Of a stretch of 64,000 bases of DNA, positions 29,453 to 39,975 are shown in pieces. This DNA is from an uncultured bacterium (GTDB lineage: Bacteria; Zixibacteria; MSB-5A5; CAIYYT01). The position numbers were made by a program, and so were the translations under genes. Below the pieces are notes generated by a model. The model ran no database searches. It was not told the DNA's origin and was given only the letters and a program-made list of their open reading frames with translations. Location of the stretch: contig CAIYYT010000193.1 of the NCBI GenBank assembly GCA_903930455.1, forward strand, positions 7,762 through 71,761, written 5' to 3'. The number at the start of each line of letters is the position of its first letter. Within the stretch, counting starts at the first letter, position 1.

Positions 29453-30760
29453 ATGCCGATTCAGCCGCCGTCTACTGCTTCCACTGAACGCCAAGGTTTT
29501 GCCAACATCGTCCGCGCGCTCCGTCACCGTAACTACCGGCTCTTTATCACCGGCCAGAGTTTCTCTCTCATCGGCACCTGGATGCAGTCGATCGCTCTCA
29601 GTTGGTTGATCTACCGTCTGACCGGATCGGCCTTTCTTCTCGGCGTAGTCGGTTTCACGAATCAAATACCGGTGACCATCTTCGCGCCGCTGGCAGGCGT
29701 CTTTGCCGATCGCTGGAACCTGCACCACACGATAATCATCACCCAAACTCTGGCATTGATTCAGGCATTTCTGCTTGCGGCTTTGGTCTTCACTCAGACA
29801 GTTCAAGTCTGGCAGATTATCGCGCTCAGCCTGATGCTGGGCTTTATCAACGCCTTTGATACTCCCTGTCGTCAGTCGTTTATCGTCCAAATGGTAGATG
29901 ACAAACGCGACCTCAGTAACGCCATCGCTCTCAATTCCAGCATGGTCAATGCCGCGCGCCTGATTGGCCCGTCGATAGCCGGAGTGCTGATCGCCTGGGT
30001 AGGGGAGGGAGCTTGTTTTCTCGTTAATGGCTTCAGCTACATGGCGGTGATTATCGCCTTGCTGGCGATGCACATTGTGCATAAGCCAAGCTCCGGCAAT
30101 GGCGGCCACGTCATCAGCAATCTCAAGGAAGGCCTTCGCTATGCTTTCGCCACACCGCCGATACGGTCGCTGCTGCTGTTGATGGCGGCGATCAGTATCA
30201 TCGGGCTGCCCTATCCGTCGCTGCTACCGATCTTCGCCAAGGACATTCTGCATGGCGGTGCGCACACGCTCGGTTTCCTGATGGGAGCCACCGGCGTCGG
30301 GGCGCTTTGCGGCGCGATTTATCTCGCTTCCAGACGTAATGTTATCGGCCTCGACAGAGTGCTGTCGATGGCCGGTGGATTGCTCGGTATCGGGCTCATC
30401 TTCTTCTCGCTCTCTCGCGTCTTCTGGTTGTCACTCGGCATGATGTTTTTCATCGGACTCGGTATGATGACACAGGTTGCCTCCACCAATACACTTTTGC
30501 AGACCATCGTCGATGATGACAAACGGGGTCGCGTGATTAGTCTGTTCATCCTGTCATTTATGGGGATGGTCCCTCTCGGAACACTGATTGCCGGTTCTGT
30601 TGCCAGCGCTATCGGCGCGCCTTTGACTTTGGCGATTAACGGCGCGGTCTGTATTGTCGCCTGCCTGATTTTCATCATCCAACTCCCCAAGTGGCGCAAA
30701 CAGGTCCGCCCGATTTACGTCGCCAAAGGCATCCTACCGCCTTTCGGTTCAACGGAATAG
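29453..30760 (+). CDS. MFS transporter
   Basis: 12-14 TM helices with 2x6 symmetry and MFS-like loop motifs (GVFADRWN). Start taken at internal ATG; ORF opens at 29417. Confidence 0.8.
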   Translation: MPIQPPSTASTERQGFANIVRALRHRNYRLFITGQSFSLIGTWMQSIALSWLIYRLTGSAFLLGVVGFTNQIPVTIFAPLAGVFADRWNLHHTIIITQTLALIQAFLLAALVFTQTVQVWQIIALSLMLGFINAFDTPCRQSFIVQMVDDKRDLSNAIALNSSMVNAARLIGPSIAGVLIAWVGEGACFLVNGFSYMAVIIALLAMHIVHKPSSGNGGHVISNLKEGLRYAFATPPIRSLLLLMAAISIIGLPYPSLLPIFAKDILHGGAHTLGFLMGATGVGALCGAIYLASRRNVIGLDRVLSMAGGLLGIGLIFFSLSRVFWLSLGMMFFIGLGMMTQVASTNTLLQTIVDDDKRGRVISLFILSFMGMVPLGTLIAGSVASAIGAPLTLAINGAVCIVACLIFIIQLPKWRKQVRPIYVAKGILPPFGSTE

Positions 30761-30898
30761 CCAATAGGACAGGCATTCCTGCCGGCGCGAGAATCAAATC
30801 TGCCATGGAACTTCTCCCGTCGCGCTCTGTTATAATGGACGATAACAGTCCACCTAACATCGCCGCGTCGTCATGGCGCGAAACGAAAGGATTAACAG

Positions 30899-31183
30899 AT
30901 GCCGAAGTATATAATCGAGCGGGAAATCCCCGGGGCGGGGAAGCTGTCATCATCTGATCTGCAGTCGATCTCGCAGAAATCATGCAACGTGTTGAATGAA
31001 CTCGGTCCCGCGATTCAATGGGTCGAGAGCTATGTCGTCGATGACAAGGTATATTGCGTATACAATGCGCCGAGCGAGGATCTGATTAAGGAACATGCGC
31101 GAAAGGGAGGCTTTCCGGCCAACAAGATTTCGCAGGTTCGCGCCATTATCGATCCGACTACGAGCGAAGGTAGTATTCGGTAG
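30899..31183 (+). CDS. DUF4242-family small protein
   Basis: MPKYIIEREIPGAGKLSSSDLQSISQKS...GGFPANKISQVRAIIDPTT matches my recollection of the DUF4242 consensus. Confidence 0.5.
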   Translation: MPKYIIEREIPGAGKLSSSDLQSISQKSCNVLNELGPAIQWVESYVVDDKVYCVYNAPSEDLIKEHARKGGFPANKISQVRAIIDPTTSEGSIR

Positions 31184-31333
31184 AGTTTAGTGCTGTGTGT
31201 CAAGCCCACTTAGGGCTTGACGCTCTCCTGAATTTTGGAGCGGAAGCGCTTCTGCTTTTTTCGGTCATACCGGATGAAGTGCTTTTGAAAATGCGCTTTG
31301 TGACATAGGGCCAGTACTCAAGAAAGATATCTT

Positions 31334-31822
31334 ATGAACGAATTCCTTCAACCAACTGACCAACGTCCTGCGGCAACCAGAGTCGCTGATGGAGAGGATC
31401 GGTTCGGCGAGCATCGCGGACTGGGCATCAGCTCTATTAGTTTCAAAGTCTCCGCATCTGACAGCAACGGCCTTTTCATCCTCGAGAACACATTTCGACA
31501 GAAGGGGGGACCGGCGCTGCACCTGCATTACGGCCAAGATGAGTGGTTCTACATCATTGAAGGTGAGTTCATTTTCGAAGTTGGTCGGGAGAAGTTCCTA
31601 CTAAAACCGGGAGATTCGTTATTGGCGCCACGTTTAGTCCCTCATGTCTGGGCGTATACCGGCGGCACTCGCGGCAGAATCCTGATTACATTTATGCCGG
31701 CGGGCAAGATGGAGGCCTTTTTTCGCGAAGTGACAAAGGCTAACGCGATGCCACCGCAGGATCCCGAACTGTGGCGCTCCCACGGCATGGAGCTCCTTGG
31801 ACCGCCTCTTACGCTGGAGTAA
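31334..31822 (+). CDS. cupin-domain protein
   Basis: HLHYGQDEWFYIIEGEF...PGDSLLAPRLVPHVW is a two-motif cupin signature. Confidence 0.6.
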   Translation: MNEFLQPTDQRPAATRVADGEDRFGEHRGLGISSISFKVSASDSNGLFILENTFRQKGGPALHLHYGQDEWFYIIEGEFIFEVGREKFLLKPGDSLLAPRLVPHVWAYTGGTRGRILITFMPAGKMEAFFREVTKANAMPPQDPELWRSHGMELLGPPLTLE

Positions 31823-32017
31823 CTAAGTTGAAATCCTCCTGGTTTTGACTCTTGATCTAGCATTTTTCCCCTTGACATCACGCATTTTATCGAGCTTACT
31901 ATCAACGGTATTGATATGCTTGGAAAGGTAGGGTGGGTGTTACGTTTGAAGCAGGATTGGTCGTAAAGGAAGTGGGCCACAACAACTGTGGGGTACCGAG
32001 TTAATATTGAGGCAAGC

Positions 32018-32629
32018 ATGTTACGTTTTATTCGAAGATTGTTCGGACTGGTAGTACCGGAGGACGAGCCACCGACTCAAGTCCATGGAGAAATGACCGA
32101 GGAATCAAAGCGCCTCTTTGATTCTCACTTGGCTTTGGCGGAGTTCTGGTGGGATGCGTTCAATCGGCGGCGCGAGTATGACTGGAAGATATCCATTAGT
32201 TTATGGACCGCGATAGCGGCCTTTGTGGCCGTTATATTGACTGCCGATCTCAGCCGAATAGGAGTGCTTCCGAAGATCGCGGTTACAATGGCGGCGGTAC
32301 TGATCCCATTTGCTCACGCAAGATGGATGAAGAACATTACTGCAGTCAATAAGCATGACAAGAAGAAAGCTTCGCTATACGTAGCTAAGTGCAACGAAAT
32401 TATCGGAATGCAACTGTCCAGCGATATCAGGAAGAAGGACGACGAGTATTCAGAGCAATCAACTAAAATTCTGCGAAATTGGTCCAGCTGGTTCCATCTG
32501 TTGATAACAATGATTCTGTGTGCTCTGGCCATCCTGTTTCTGTGGTTCGCAGATCCGGGTGAGGTGCGCCAGCATATCTATCGGGCTGAGTCATCCGGCA
32601 CAAGCATCGACCAAGTTTGTCGCTGGTGA
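32018..32629 (+). CDS. hypothetical 3-TM membrane protein, upstream partner of the DUF4062 gene
   Basis: Three predicted TM helices. No known motif. Lies 22 nt upstream of and co-oriented with the next gene. ORF opens at 31988. Confidence 0.45.
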   Translation: MLRFIRRLFGLVVPEDEPPTQVHGEMTEESKRLFDSHLALAEFWWDAFNRRREYDWKISISLWTAIAAFVAVILTADLSRIGVLPKIAVTMAAVLIPFAHARWMKNITAVNKHDKKKASLYVAKCNEIIGMQLSSDIRKKDDEYSEQSTKILRNWSSWFHLLITMILCALAILFLWFADPGEVRQHIYRAESSGTSIDQVCRW

Positions 32630-32651
32630 ACATATACGGAAAGGATAACCT

Positions 32652-33824
32652 ATGGATTCCGCGCCAAGAGTAATGGTAAGCTCGACATTCTATGATCTCC
32701 ATCAGTTACGCTCGGATCTAGCTCACTTCATCTCTGACCAACTGGGGTATGATTCTCTCGTTTCAGAGTTGCCGTCGTTCCCAGTAGATCCTGATCTCGA
32801 TACGATCGAAAACTGCAGAGCGCGTGTTGAGAAAAACGCTGATATATTTGTTCTGGTGATTGGTGGAAGATATGGTCAAGTGGATAAGCAGATCGATAAA
32901 TCCGTAACGAATCTGGAGTATCTGACTGCACGAGCAAAGGGCATACCGATCTATGTCTTTGTAGACAAGAGCATACTGGCAGTATTCCCGGTCTGGAAGA
33001 GCAACCCAGAAGCAGATTACTCGCAGACGGTGGACACCCCAAGGCTATTCGAGTTCATAGATCATGTCAGGAATGAAGAAAGAGTCTGGACGTTTGCATT
33101 TGAAAAGGCACAAGATATTGTTGACTCACTGCGTGTGCAGTTTGCATATCTCTTTAGTGATGCTCTGCGACTGCGCAATCGATTCACAGGTTCAGGGCTT
33201 CCCCCCTTCCTGTCGTCTCTCGGTCCAAAGTCGTTGCGTATCGCTTTGGAAAAGCCATTAGGCTGGGAGTATCGACTGTTTCTACAATCGTGGATGGACG
33301 GCCTGGACAGCCAGGCAAGTCTACTCCGTGAGTATCGCGTTGGATTAAGGATCGGGATAGCTGAGTCTGTTCCTGCCAATAGAGCGGGGGAATGGATGAG
33401 CGCTCGCATGTATGAGCTGACGGGGATATCCGAATCAATGACAACCCTTGTAAATCAACAGCTACTGGAAGCTTTTGGTAAGGATGGAGAACCCGGAGAT
33501 GTAGAAAAAATTGTATGGGTTTCATCCATGTTGGATAAGGCAGTTGAGAGTGCTCTGAATTGGGCTCTACGCGTGAGGTGCGCGTCAATAGAGGAGCCTT
33601 TTGATAGTCTGGCTCCCGAATTGGCTCTATTTATGGACGATCTTATTAACGAAATCGTGTGCTACCCGAAAGAAACCTTGTCTCTGGTGGAGGAAGCCTT
33701 GTGTGCACCAAGAACGGGGAAGCCACGAATCATTGAACACACACTGAAACTTAGACTCTCGAACACTGAGAAGTTTTATCAGGAGCTAGACAAGGTAAAA
33801 CGCTTCTATGGCTTAAGGGGCTGA
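32652..33824 (+). CDS. DUF4062 (TIR-like Rossmann) domain protein with an approximately 270-aa C-terminal region of unknown function
   Basis: VMVSSTFYDLHQLRSDLAHFI...ADIFVLVIGGRYGQV...TNLEYLTARAKGIPIYVFVDKS fits the DUF4062 consensus as I recall it. Lower GC than the flanking hutI by eye. Confidence 0.6.
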   Translation: MDSAPRVMVSSTFYDLHQLRSDLAHFISDQLGYDSLVSELPSFPVDPDLDTIENCRARVEKNADIFVLVIGGRYGQVDKQIDKSVTNLEYLTARAKGIPIYVFVDKSILAVFPVWKSNPEADYSQTVDTPRLFEFIDHVRNEERVWTFAFEKAQDIVDSLRVQFAYLFSDALRLRNRFTGSGLPPFLSSLGPKSLRIALEKPLGWEYRLFLQSWMDGLDSQASLLREYRVGLRIGIAESVPANRAGEWMSARMYELTGISESMTTLVNQQLLEAFGKDGEPGDVEKIVWVSSMLDKAVESALNWALRVRCASIEEPFDSLAPELALFMDDLINEIVCYPKETLSLVEEALCAPRTGKPRIIEHTLKLRLSNTEKFYQELDKVKRFYGLRG

Positions 33825-33946
33825 TAGTCGAGTAGGTCGAAACCCTTGCCCGGTCCCCCACAACTTGCTGTGGGTTGGTGGCATGACGTAGCCCTCCCCC
33901 CAATTTTCCCCTACCCTCAACACCCGCCGTTGGTTATCCTCTCCCC

Positions 33947-35200
33947 ATGACACGAACGCTGATATACGATACTTCGCAACTGATCACCTGCCGGCAGGAC
34001 TCTGATCGTCCCAAAATCGGTGAGAATTTCCGGCGGCTGGAGTTGATCGAGCAGGGGGCGATGGTGGTCAACGATCAGCGTATCGAATGGGTAGGCCCGG
34101 AATCGGAAATCAGTTCGCAGTATCCCGACCGCCGTTTTGACAGCACTATCGCCGCGAAAGGGGGTGTTGTCACTCCCGGTTTGGTCGATCCCCACACGCA
34201 TCCGATCTTTGCCGCCACGCGCGAACATGAATTTTATCTGCGCAACGCCGGGAAGTCCTACATGGAAATCGCCGCAGCCGGTGGTGGTATTCGTAACTCA
34301 GCGCGCAAAACCCGCGCCACAAGCTTTGATAAGCTCTGTCGGAATGCCGTCCGGTTTCTCGATCAGATGCTAAAATCGGGCACCACGACTATCGAAGCCA
34401 AATCGGGTTATGGCCTGTCAACAAAGGCGGAGCTCAAGTCGCTGGAGGTCATCCACTGGCTGAATGACAATCATTCCATCGACCTGATTCCGACATTTAT
34501 GGGGGCGCACGAGTTTCCGGATGAATATCGCGACAACCGCGAAGGCTACGTCCGGTTGCTGATTGACGAAATGATTCCCGAAGTTGCTCACAGCAAACTT
34601 GCTGTCTTCTGCGATATCTTCACCGAAGCCGGTGTTTTTGATCTCGATCAGTCGCGTCGCATTATGACTGCCGCAAAAGGGCATGGTCTCAAACTGCGTT
34701 TCCACGCGGAAGAATTGAAATCCATCGGTGGCGCCGAATTGGCTGCCGAAATGGGAGCGATCAGCGCCGATCATCTGGTACATATCACCGATACCGGCAT
34801 AACGAAGATGGCCGAAGCGGGGACGATTGCCGTTTTGCTTCCGGCTACTACGTTTTTCCTTGGTCACAAAGAATATGCTCCCGCGCGGAAGATGATCGAT
34901 CAGAGCGTTGCGGTTGCGCTGGCAACCGACTTTAATCCCGGTTCATCCTGCACAACCTCGTTGCCCGCCGTCATGACCATTGCGGCGATCTATCTCAAAA
35001 TGACCGCCGAGGAAATCCTCAATGCCGTGACCATCAATTCGGCCTGTAGTCTCGGCCTGCAGAAAGATATCGGTTCGCTGCAACCGGGGAAATTCGCCGA
35101 TTTCGTGATCTGGGATGTAGAAAACTATGAACAGATTCCGTACCTTTTTGCACAGAACCCGGTCAGGAGCGTCTTTAAGCGAGGGAGACAAGTTGTATGA
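33947..35200 (+). CDS. hutI: imidazolonepropionase
   Basis: Amidohydrolase fold with DPHTHPIF, HAEE and DFNPGSS motifs in the HutI arrangement. Confidence 0.85.
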   Translation: MTRTLIYDTSQLITCRQDSDRPKIGENFRRLELIEQGAMVVNDQRIEWVGPESEISSQYPDRRFDSTIAAKGGVVTPGLVDPHTHPIFAATREHEFYLRNAGKSYMEIAAAGGGIRNSARKTRATSFDKLCRNAVRFLDQMLKSGTTTIEAKSGYGLSTKAELKSLEVIHWLNDNHSIDLIPTFMGAHEFPDEYRDNREGYVRLLIDEMIPEVAHSKLAVFCDIFTEAGVFDLDQSRRIMTAAKGHGLKLRFHAEELKSIGGAELAAEMGAISADHLVHITDTGITKMAEAGTIAVLLPATTFFLGHKEYAPARKMIDQSVAVALATDFNPGSSCTTSLPAVMTIAAIYLKMTAEEILNAVTINSACSLGLQKDIGSLQPGKFADFVIWDVENYEQIPYLFAQNPVRSVFKRGRQVV

Positions 35201-35676
35201 AAGCGGTCTGCGCAATTTGTGTGGCGCTTTTTGTTGTCGGATGCGGCGTTTACTCGTTTTCCAGTTCATCGCTAGGGGGCGTTAAGACTGTGGCGGTTCC
35301 GCAGTTCGAGAACAAGACGGTGGAGTACGGCATAGAGGGAGACCTGACGGCCAAGGTGATTGATCGATTGATTACTGACAACGCGCTGAAAGTCGTGGCG
35401 CTCGCCGATGCTGATGCCGTTCTGCGCGGGGAAATCGTTAGGTATGAGCGGGTCGCGTACACATATGACAAAAGCGACAACGTCAGCGAATACAAAGTCA
35501 ATATATATGTGAACTTCACTTTGGCGCGTAAAGGGGGCAAATCGCTGCTCGAAAAAACCAATATGCTCGGTTTTGGCGTGTACAATGCCGCCGAGCAGAC
35601 CGAGGATGACGGCAAACAGGCGGCTATCGATAAACTCGCACGCGATATTGTCGATGAAACTACCAAAACCTGGTAG
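35197..35676 (+). CDS. lipoprotein, LptE-like
   Basis: Lipobox VVGCG. VPQFENKT...LRGEI pattern reminiscent of LptE. ATGA overlap with hutI. Confidence 0.35.
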   Translation: MKAVCAICVALFVVGCGVYSFSSSSLGGVKTVAVPQFENKTVEYGIEGDLTAKVIDRLITDNALKVVALADADAVLRGEIVRYERVAYTYDKSDNVSEYKVNIYVNFTLARKGGKSLLEKTNMLGFGVYNAAEQTEDDGKQAAIDKLARDIVDETTKTW

Positions 35677-35741
35677 GCGCTATTGCGCTGATCGCGTATA
35701 AGTTGTATAATACAGTGTCAAGCATAGACATGAGGTTATAA

Positions 35742-36734
35742 ATGAAATCAGTCAAGACCATTCTCTGCCTTGTTCTCTTTCTCGCCCTGTCGGCGTCGTT
35801 GTTCGCCAGTAAGGCCAAGACCGGCACAACGGCCTATCCTTTCCTGAAAATCGGTGTCGGCGCCAAATCCCTGTCAATGGGCGGAGCATTCGTCGGGTTG
35901 GCGGATGATGAATCAGCCGTCTATTACAATCCGGCAGGAATCATCGGCTTCCAGCAGAAAGCGATTTCCGGATCATACATGAATTACATTGCTGACATTC
36001 AATCGGGCAATCTGACTGTAATTCTGCCGAAATCATCTGCCGCTGTTGTGGACGTGGAAGGCTTGGGCGACGAGCCGGTTTTCCACGACGCTCAGTCGGC
36101 GTTTGCCTTTTCGGTTGTCTATCTGAATTACGGAAAAATCGACGAGACCAATATCGCGGGCGACATCATCGGCGACTTCGGCGGGTCGGACATGGCTATT
36201 GGAGCTACCTATGCCCGTAAGCTCTCAGCGCAACTGGCTTGCGGCGGGACGGCCAAGTTTATCTATCAGAAGATAGACCAATATTCCTCCACCGGTTTGG
36301 CGGTCGATGCCGGCTTGCTCTATCGGCTTAGGGACGGTAGAACGAACCTTGGTCTCTCCGCTTCAAACGTCGGCGTTCAGCTTTCCGGTTTGTCGCCGGA
36401 ACATAAAGATCCATTGCCGATTATCCTGCGCGGCGGTGTCTCGCATCGTACGATGGAATTACCGCTGACGGTGGCACTTGAGGCGGTCTATCCTACTGAC
36501 AATGACATTTATGGTTCGATTGGGTTGGAGATTCATCCCAACATCCCCATAGCCTTACGGGTTGGCTACTCCAGTTTTGGTCAGAATTACAAGACCAGTG
36601 GCGGCAAAGACAACACCGCCGGATTCTCCTTTGGCGCTGGATTCAAACTGGCCAAAATCGCTGTCGATTACGCCTTTCTGCCTTATGCCGATCTCGGCTC
36701 GCTTCACCGAGTTGGCTTCGCCTATAGGTGGTAG
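35742..36734 (+). CDS. outer-membrane beta-barrel protein of the FadL/PorV-like superfamily (possible T9SS PorV homologue)
   Basis: Signal peptide. GAKSLSMGGAFVGLADDESAVYYNPAG resembles the PorV/FadL N-terminal signature. Ends with an aromatic residue. Confidence 0.45.
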   Translation: MKSVKTILCLVLFLALSASLFASKAKTGTTAYPFLKIGVGAKSLSMGGAFVGLADDESAVYYNPAGIIGFQQKAISGSYMNYIADIQSGNLTVILPKSSAAVVDVEGLGDEPVFHDAQSAFAFSVVYLNYGKIDETNIAGDIIGDFGGSDMAIGATYARKLSAQLACGGTAKFIYQKIDQYSSTGLAVDAGLLYRLRDGRTNLGLSASNVGVQLSGLSPEHKDPLPIILRGGVSHRTMELPLTVALEAVYPTDNDIYGSIGLEIHPNIPIALRVGYSSFGQNYKTSGGKDNTAGFSFGAGFKLAKIAVDYAFLPYADLGSLHRVGFAYRW

Positions 36735-36737
36735 AAG

Positions 36738-37178
36738 ATGAAGCGTCCCTTGGGTTTCGCGCTGATATTGTTGTCTTGCTGCTTGCTTGGGCTCACCTGC
36801 AGCAAATCGGCGCCGTCGCCCCGCGAGCGCGTCCTGGACTTCGTTCGCTTGATCCAGGCCGACTCCTTGCCGAACATCCTGCCTTTCGTTGACTTAGACT
36901 CAGTTGCCACCTATGAATACGCCGGCGCCAGATATGACTCTCTTTCCTTGCCGGAGAAGAAAAACCGTCTGACTGATGGTTTCCGTGGGGATGGCGAGTA
37001 CCGCAAGATCTGGAGCCGTTCGCAGATTGTCGTCAACGAGGAGAGCTTCCTGAACGACACCACTGCCACCGTCGAGATTTCGTTCATCGATCGTGCCACG
37101 CGTATTCAATACTACAGCCAGATGGGACTCAAGAAACGCATCTCCAATTGGGTAATCTGCAGCTTCAAAGTCAACTGA
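36738..37178 (+). CDS. hypothetical lipoprotein
   Basis: LLGLTCS lipobox. No known domain. Confidence 0.45.
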   Translation: MKRPLGFALILLSCCLLGLTCSKSAPSPRERVLDFVRLIQADSLPNILPFVDLDSVATYEYAGARYDSLSLPEKKNRLTDGFRGDGEYRKIWSRSQIVVNEESFLNDTTATVEISFIDRATRIQYYSQMGLKKRISNWVICSFKVN

Positions 37179-37497
37179 TCGAACTCGATTTTTGCACCGT
37201 CAGTACGCTACGTGGCCGCAATTGGCTCTATGCTGCCTATGTCCCCGCGGAAGCACAAAATGCTTCCAAAAGCGCATTACATGAGTCATCAATTCGGACG
37301 TCATGGAGGAGGGTGGCCCCGGTCGGGGTATCATAAACGAGCCATTTTCGCAAGCGCATGCACAACGTAGCCTTGTCACGATTCAAATATTGCGTACGGC
37401 AAAAAATTTCTTGCGCTTCCCTGCCACATTTTGTATGGTGCGATCTGTTGTTTTTAAGAAAGCTAGCTGTTCTGATAATATAGTCACGGAGGAGATA

Positions 37498-38562
37498 ATG
37501 TCGGTTGGGAAGTCGTTTGTTGCCTTTATGGCAATCTGTTATCTGGCAATTCTCATAATCGGGTGTACCGGTGACCAAGGTCCGGCTGGTCCTGGAGGAT
37601 TTATCGGTACGGAGGGCCCCCCGGGGCAAAACCTGGTTATCAGCCCGGTTGCTGACCGTACCTTTGGCATTCTCGTTGCCAATTCTACGGCATCTGATTT
37701 TGTCGGTGCCGCCAAGGTCATATTGACCTCAGATACAAACTCCATCCCCGGTTCCGATCGGGTGGTTGCTCGACGCTTGGACACGGCGCCTGTTATCGAT
37801 GGCATTGATGGCGGCGACGCCGAATGGGGCAGTGCTGTCGCATCCACGATTACGCTGGACTCGATAGCCGGCAAGTATAACGGGATTACTTCAGCTCTGG
37901 TGCGCACCGCTTACGACCGGCAGTATGTGTACATGCAGGTCAAATGGACCGAAGTCACTTTCGACAGCTTCGCTCCGAGCAAGGATGTCAACAAGCTCAT
38001 GTGGTCCTGCGACAGTGCCAGCACTCCCGTCTGGGTTCGCAGTGGTGGTGAAGACATGCTTTGCTTGGGTTGGCAATTGACAACCATTACTGGCTGGAGC
38101 ACTGACGGTATCAAGGCGATCTTTGACGGCTCTGTCTTCCGCACACCGGCTTCCGGAGAGATAGCCGATCTGTGGGTCTGGCAGTCGACGGAAACCTACT
38201 ACTCGGGCTTTTTGGGCGACAAAGTCGTGAGATACGCAGACGCTGGTGATGCTTCGCAGTTTGATGCGGGTACCTTGCCGGCCTTTGCGATTGAGAACTC
38301 TGCTACCAGCAGCAAGCCGACCTACATGAGATCTGGTTCGCCGGCGGAAGGCACATCATATCCGCTGTACAGCTACGAGTTCACGAAATTCGACACAAAG
38401 AAGACGTGGAAGAACCATGCCACGATACCTGGATACATTTCGTTTATTCCCTCCGGTTCGACCGCTGATGTGCGGTCAACCGCTACCTATGATAACGGTA
38501 CTTGGACCGTCGAGCTTCGCCGGTTGAGACAGACTGGCAATGGCGACGACACGGTTCTGTGA
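37498..38562 (+). CDS. lipoprotein paralog 1: collagen-like G-X-Y stalk + DOMON/CBM9-like domain
   Basis: Lipobox IIGCTG, then seven G-X-Y triplets (GDQGPAGPGGFIGTEGPPGQ). Conserved IDGIDGGDAEWG, RTAYDRQYVYMQVKWTEVT and a C-terminal YDNGTWTVELRRLRQTGNGDD. Start taken at internal ATG; ORF opens at 37303. Confidence 0.6.
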   Translation: MSVGKSFVAFMAICYLAILIIGCTGDQGPAGPGGFIGTEGPPGQNLVISPVADRTFGILVANSTASDFVGAAKVILTSDTNSIPGSDRVVARRLDTAPVIDGIDGGDAEWGSAVASTITLDSIAGKYNGITSALVRTAYDRQYVYMQVKWTEVTFDSFAPSKDVNKLMWSCDSASTPVWVRSGGEDMLCLGWQLTTITGWSTDGIKAIFDGSVFRTPASGEIADLWVWQSTETYYSGFLGDKVVRYADAGDASQFDAGTLPAFAIENSATSSKPTYMRSGSPAEGTSYPLYSYEFTKFDTKKTWKNHATIPGYISFIPSGSTADVRSTATYDNGTWTVELRRLRQTGNGDDTVL

Positions 38563-38640
38563 GCAATGTCGCTTTCGGATGAGAGGCGTTCATGATTTTG
38601 ACTATAGTTTTCCGGTTTTGGAAATATTAGGGAGGAATTA

Positions 38641-39960
38641 ATGCGTAAGTGGAGTTTTATCCTCTTTTGTTTAACAGCACTGGCTGGCCTGATCGTGCTG
38701 GTCGGGTGTGAGGGGGACACCGGGCTGACAGGTGCTAAGGGGTCGAAAGGTCGCCAGGGAACTGCCGGCTATGACCCCAATCAACTGCCACCTGCAGATC
38801 GTGTATTTGCTTTTGTGGTCACTAATGCCACCGAAAATGCAATCGATGGAAAGAAGCAGGTTCACCTGACCTTCGATTCCACTGCGAAGGCGACAAGAGA
38901 CACTGTCGTCGCCAGCAAAGTCTCCGTGCCCCCGTTGATCGATGGGCTTGATGGCGAGGAATACGAGTGGGGAGCACAGAAGTCCAAGATAGCTCTGAGC
39001 TTTCTCGATCCTGATTCCGCCATTGTCGGCGCCCGGGATAGCAAGCTAAAGAGCGGAGTCGTTCGAGTGGCTTATGATGATGACAACATCTACTTCCAGT
39101 TCCAATGGCAGGAGCAACCCGTCAAGATCGGAGAAGTGGAAGTGGCATCGGTCGGTGAATCGAAAGAACCCAGCATGTTGAACTTCAAGTACAAGAGTGG
39201 TCTGGCTAACAAGTGGGTGAAGCGGTTTTCCTGTGAGGCTAAGCCTGATTCAGCTTGGGACACGAGTTACACCTTCGTGCGTGTGACTTACCATCCGATA
39301 TGCGTCACCCCTAATCAGGAACCTTGTTCATGCTACGATCTGCGGCCTGATCATACTCTTCCCGGATATATCGCCCCCGATACATCCTATCTCTGGGTTG
39401 AAAAGACCGGCGGAGAAGATCGGCTGGTTGTCTTCTTCCCCGATGAGGCGGCAGCCGGATGGCAGGATGTTGCGTTCAAGCAATTCTTCGGTTTCTCCAC
39501 AGGCAGTTCCGACATTCCCAGTAACCTGTTTGTCGATGTCTGGGCATGGGGTGCGGCGAGAACGCGACCCGTCAGTATAGCTGACGACTGGAGCATAAGT
39601 GCGGCCGGAGCGAAACCCGATGGCGGTCAGGCGCCGTATATGGACAACTACATTGCGTCCGATTCGCTCCCACGGTATATGAACCGCCGCGATCCCAATG
39701 TTCGCACATCCCCGGGAAGCAAATCGACGGTAGCAATTTACCCACTCTGGTATTTCGACGCCGTGGGTTACTCGCGGTTTGGCTGGGAAAAAGGCACTGA
39801 TAGAACGCCGATCAACTGTTATCTACCCGGTATCATTACTATGATCCCATCCGGTAGTCGGGCCGATGTTTACACGGCTGCCCGTTTTGACAACGGCTTC
39901 TGGACGGTCGAGATGAAGCGTGCTCGCAGAACCCATAACGGCGATGACGTGCAGTTTTAG
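38641..39960 (+). CDS. lipoprotein paralog 2: collagen-like G-X-Y stalk + DOMON/CBM9-like domain
   Basis: Lipobox LVGCEG, then GDTGLTGAKGSKGRQGTAG. Conserved LIDGLDGEEYEWG, RVAYDDDNIYFQFQW and FDNGFWTVEMKRARRTHNGDD. Confidence 0.65.
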   Translation: MRKWSFILFCLTALAGLIVLVGCEGDTGLTGAKGSKGRQGTAGYDPNQLPPADRVFAFVVTNATENAIDGKKQVHLTFDSTAKATRDTVVASKVSVPPLIDGLDGEEYEWGAQKSKIALSFLDPDSAIVGARDSKLKSGVVRVAYDDDNIYFQFQWQEQPVKIGEVEVASVGESKEPSMLNFKYKSGLANKWVKRFSCEAKPDSAWDTSYTFVRVTYHPICVTPNQEPCSCYDLRPDHTLPGYIAPDTSYLWVEKTGGEDRLVVFFPDEAAAGWQDVAFKQFFGFSTGSSDIPSNLFVDVWAWGAARTRPVSIADDWSISAAGAKPDGGQAPYMDNYIASDSLPRYMNRRDPNVRTSPGSKSTVAIYPLWYFDAVGYSRFGWEKGTDRTPINCYLPGIITMIPSGSRADVYTAARFDNGFWTVEMKRARRTHNGDDVQF

Positions 39961-39975
39961 GAGGAGTCGACTAAT

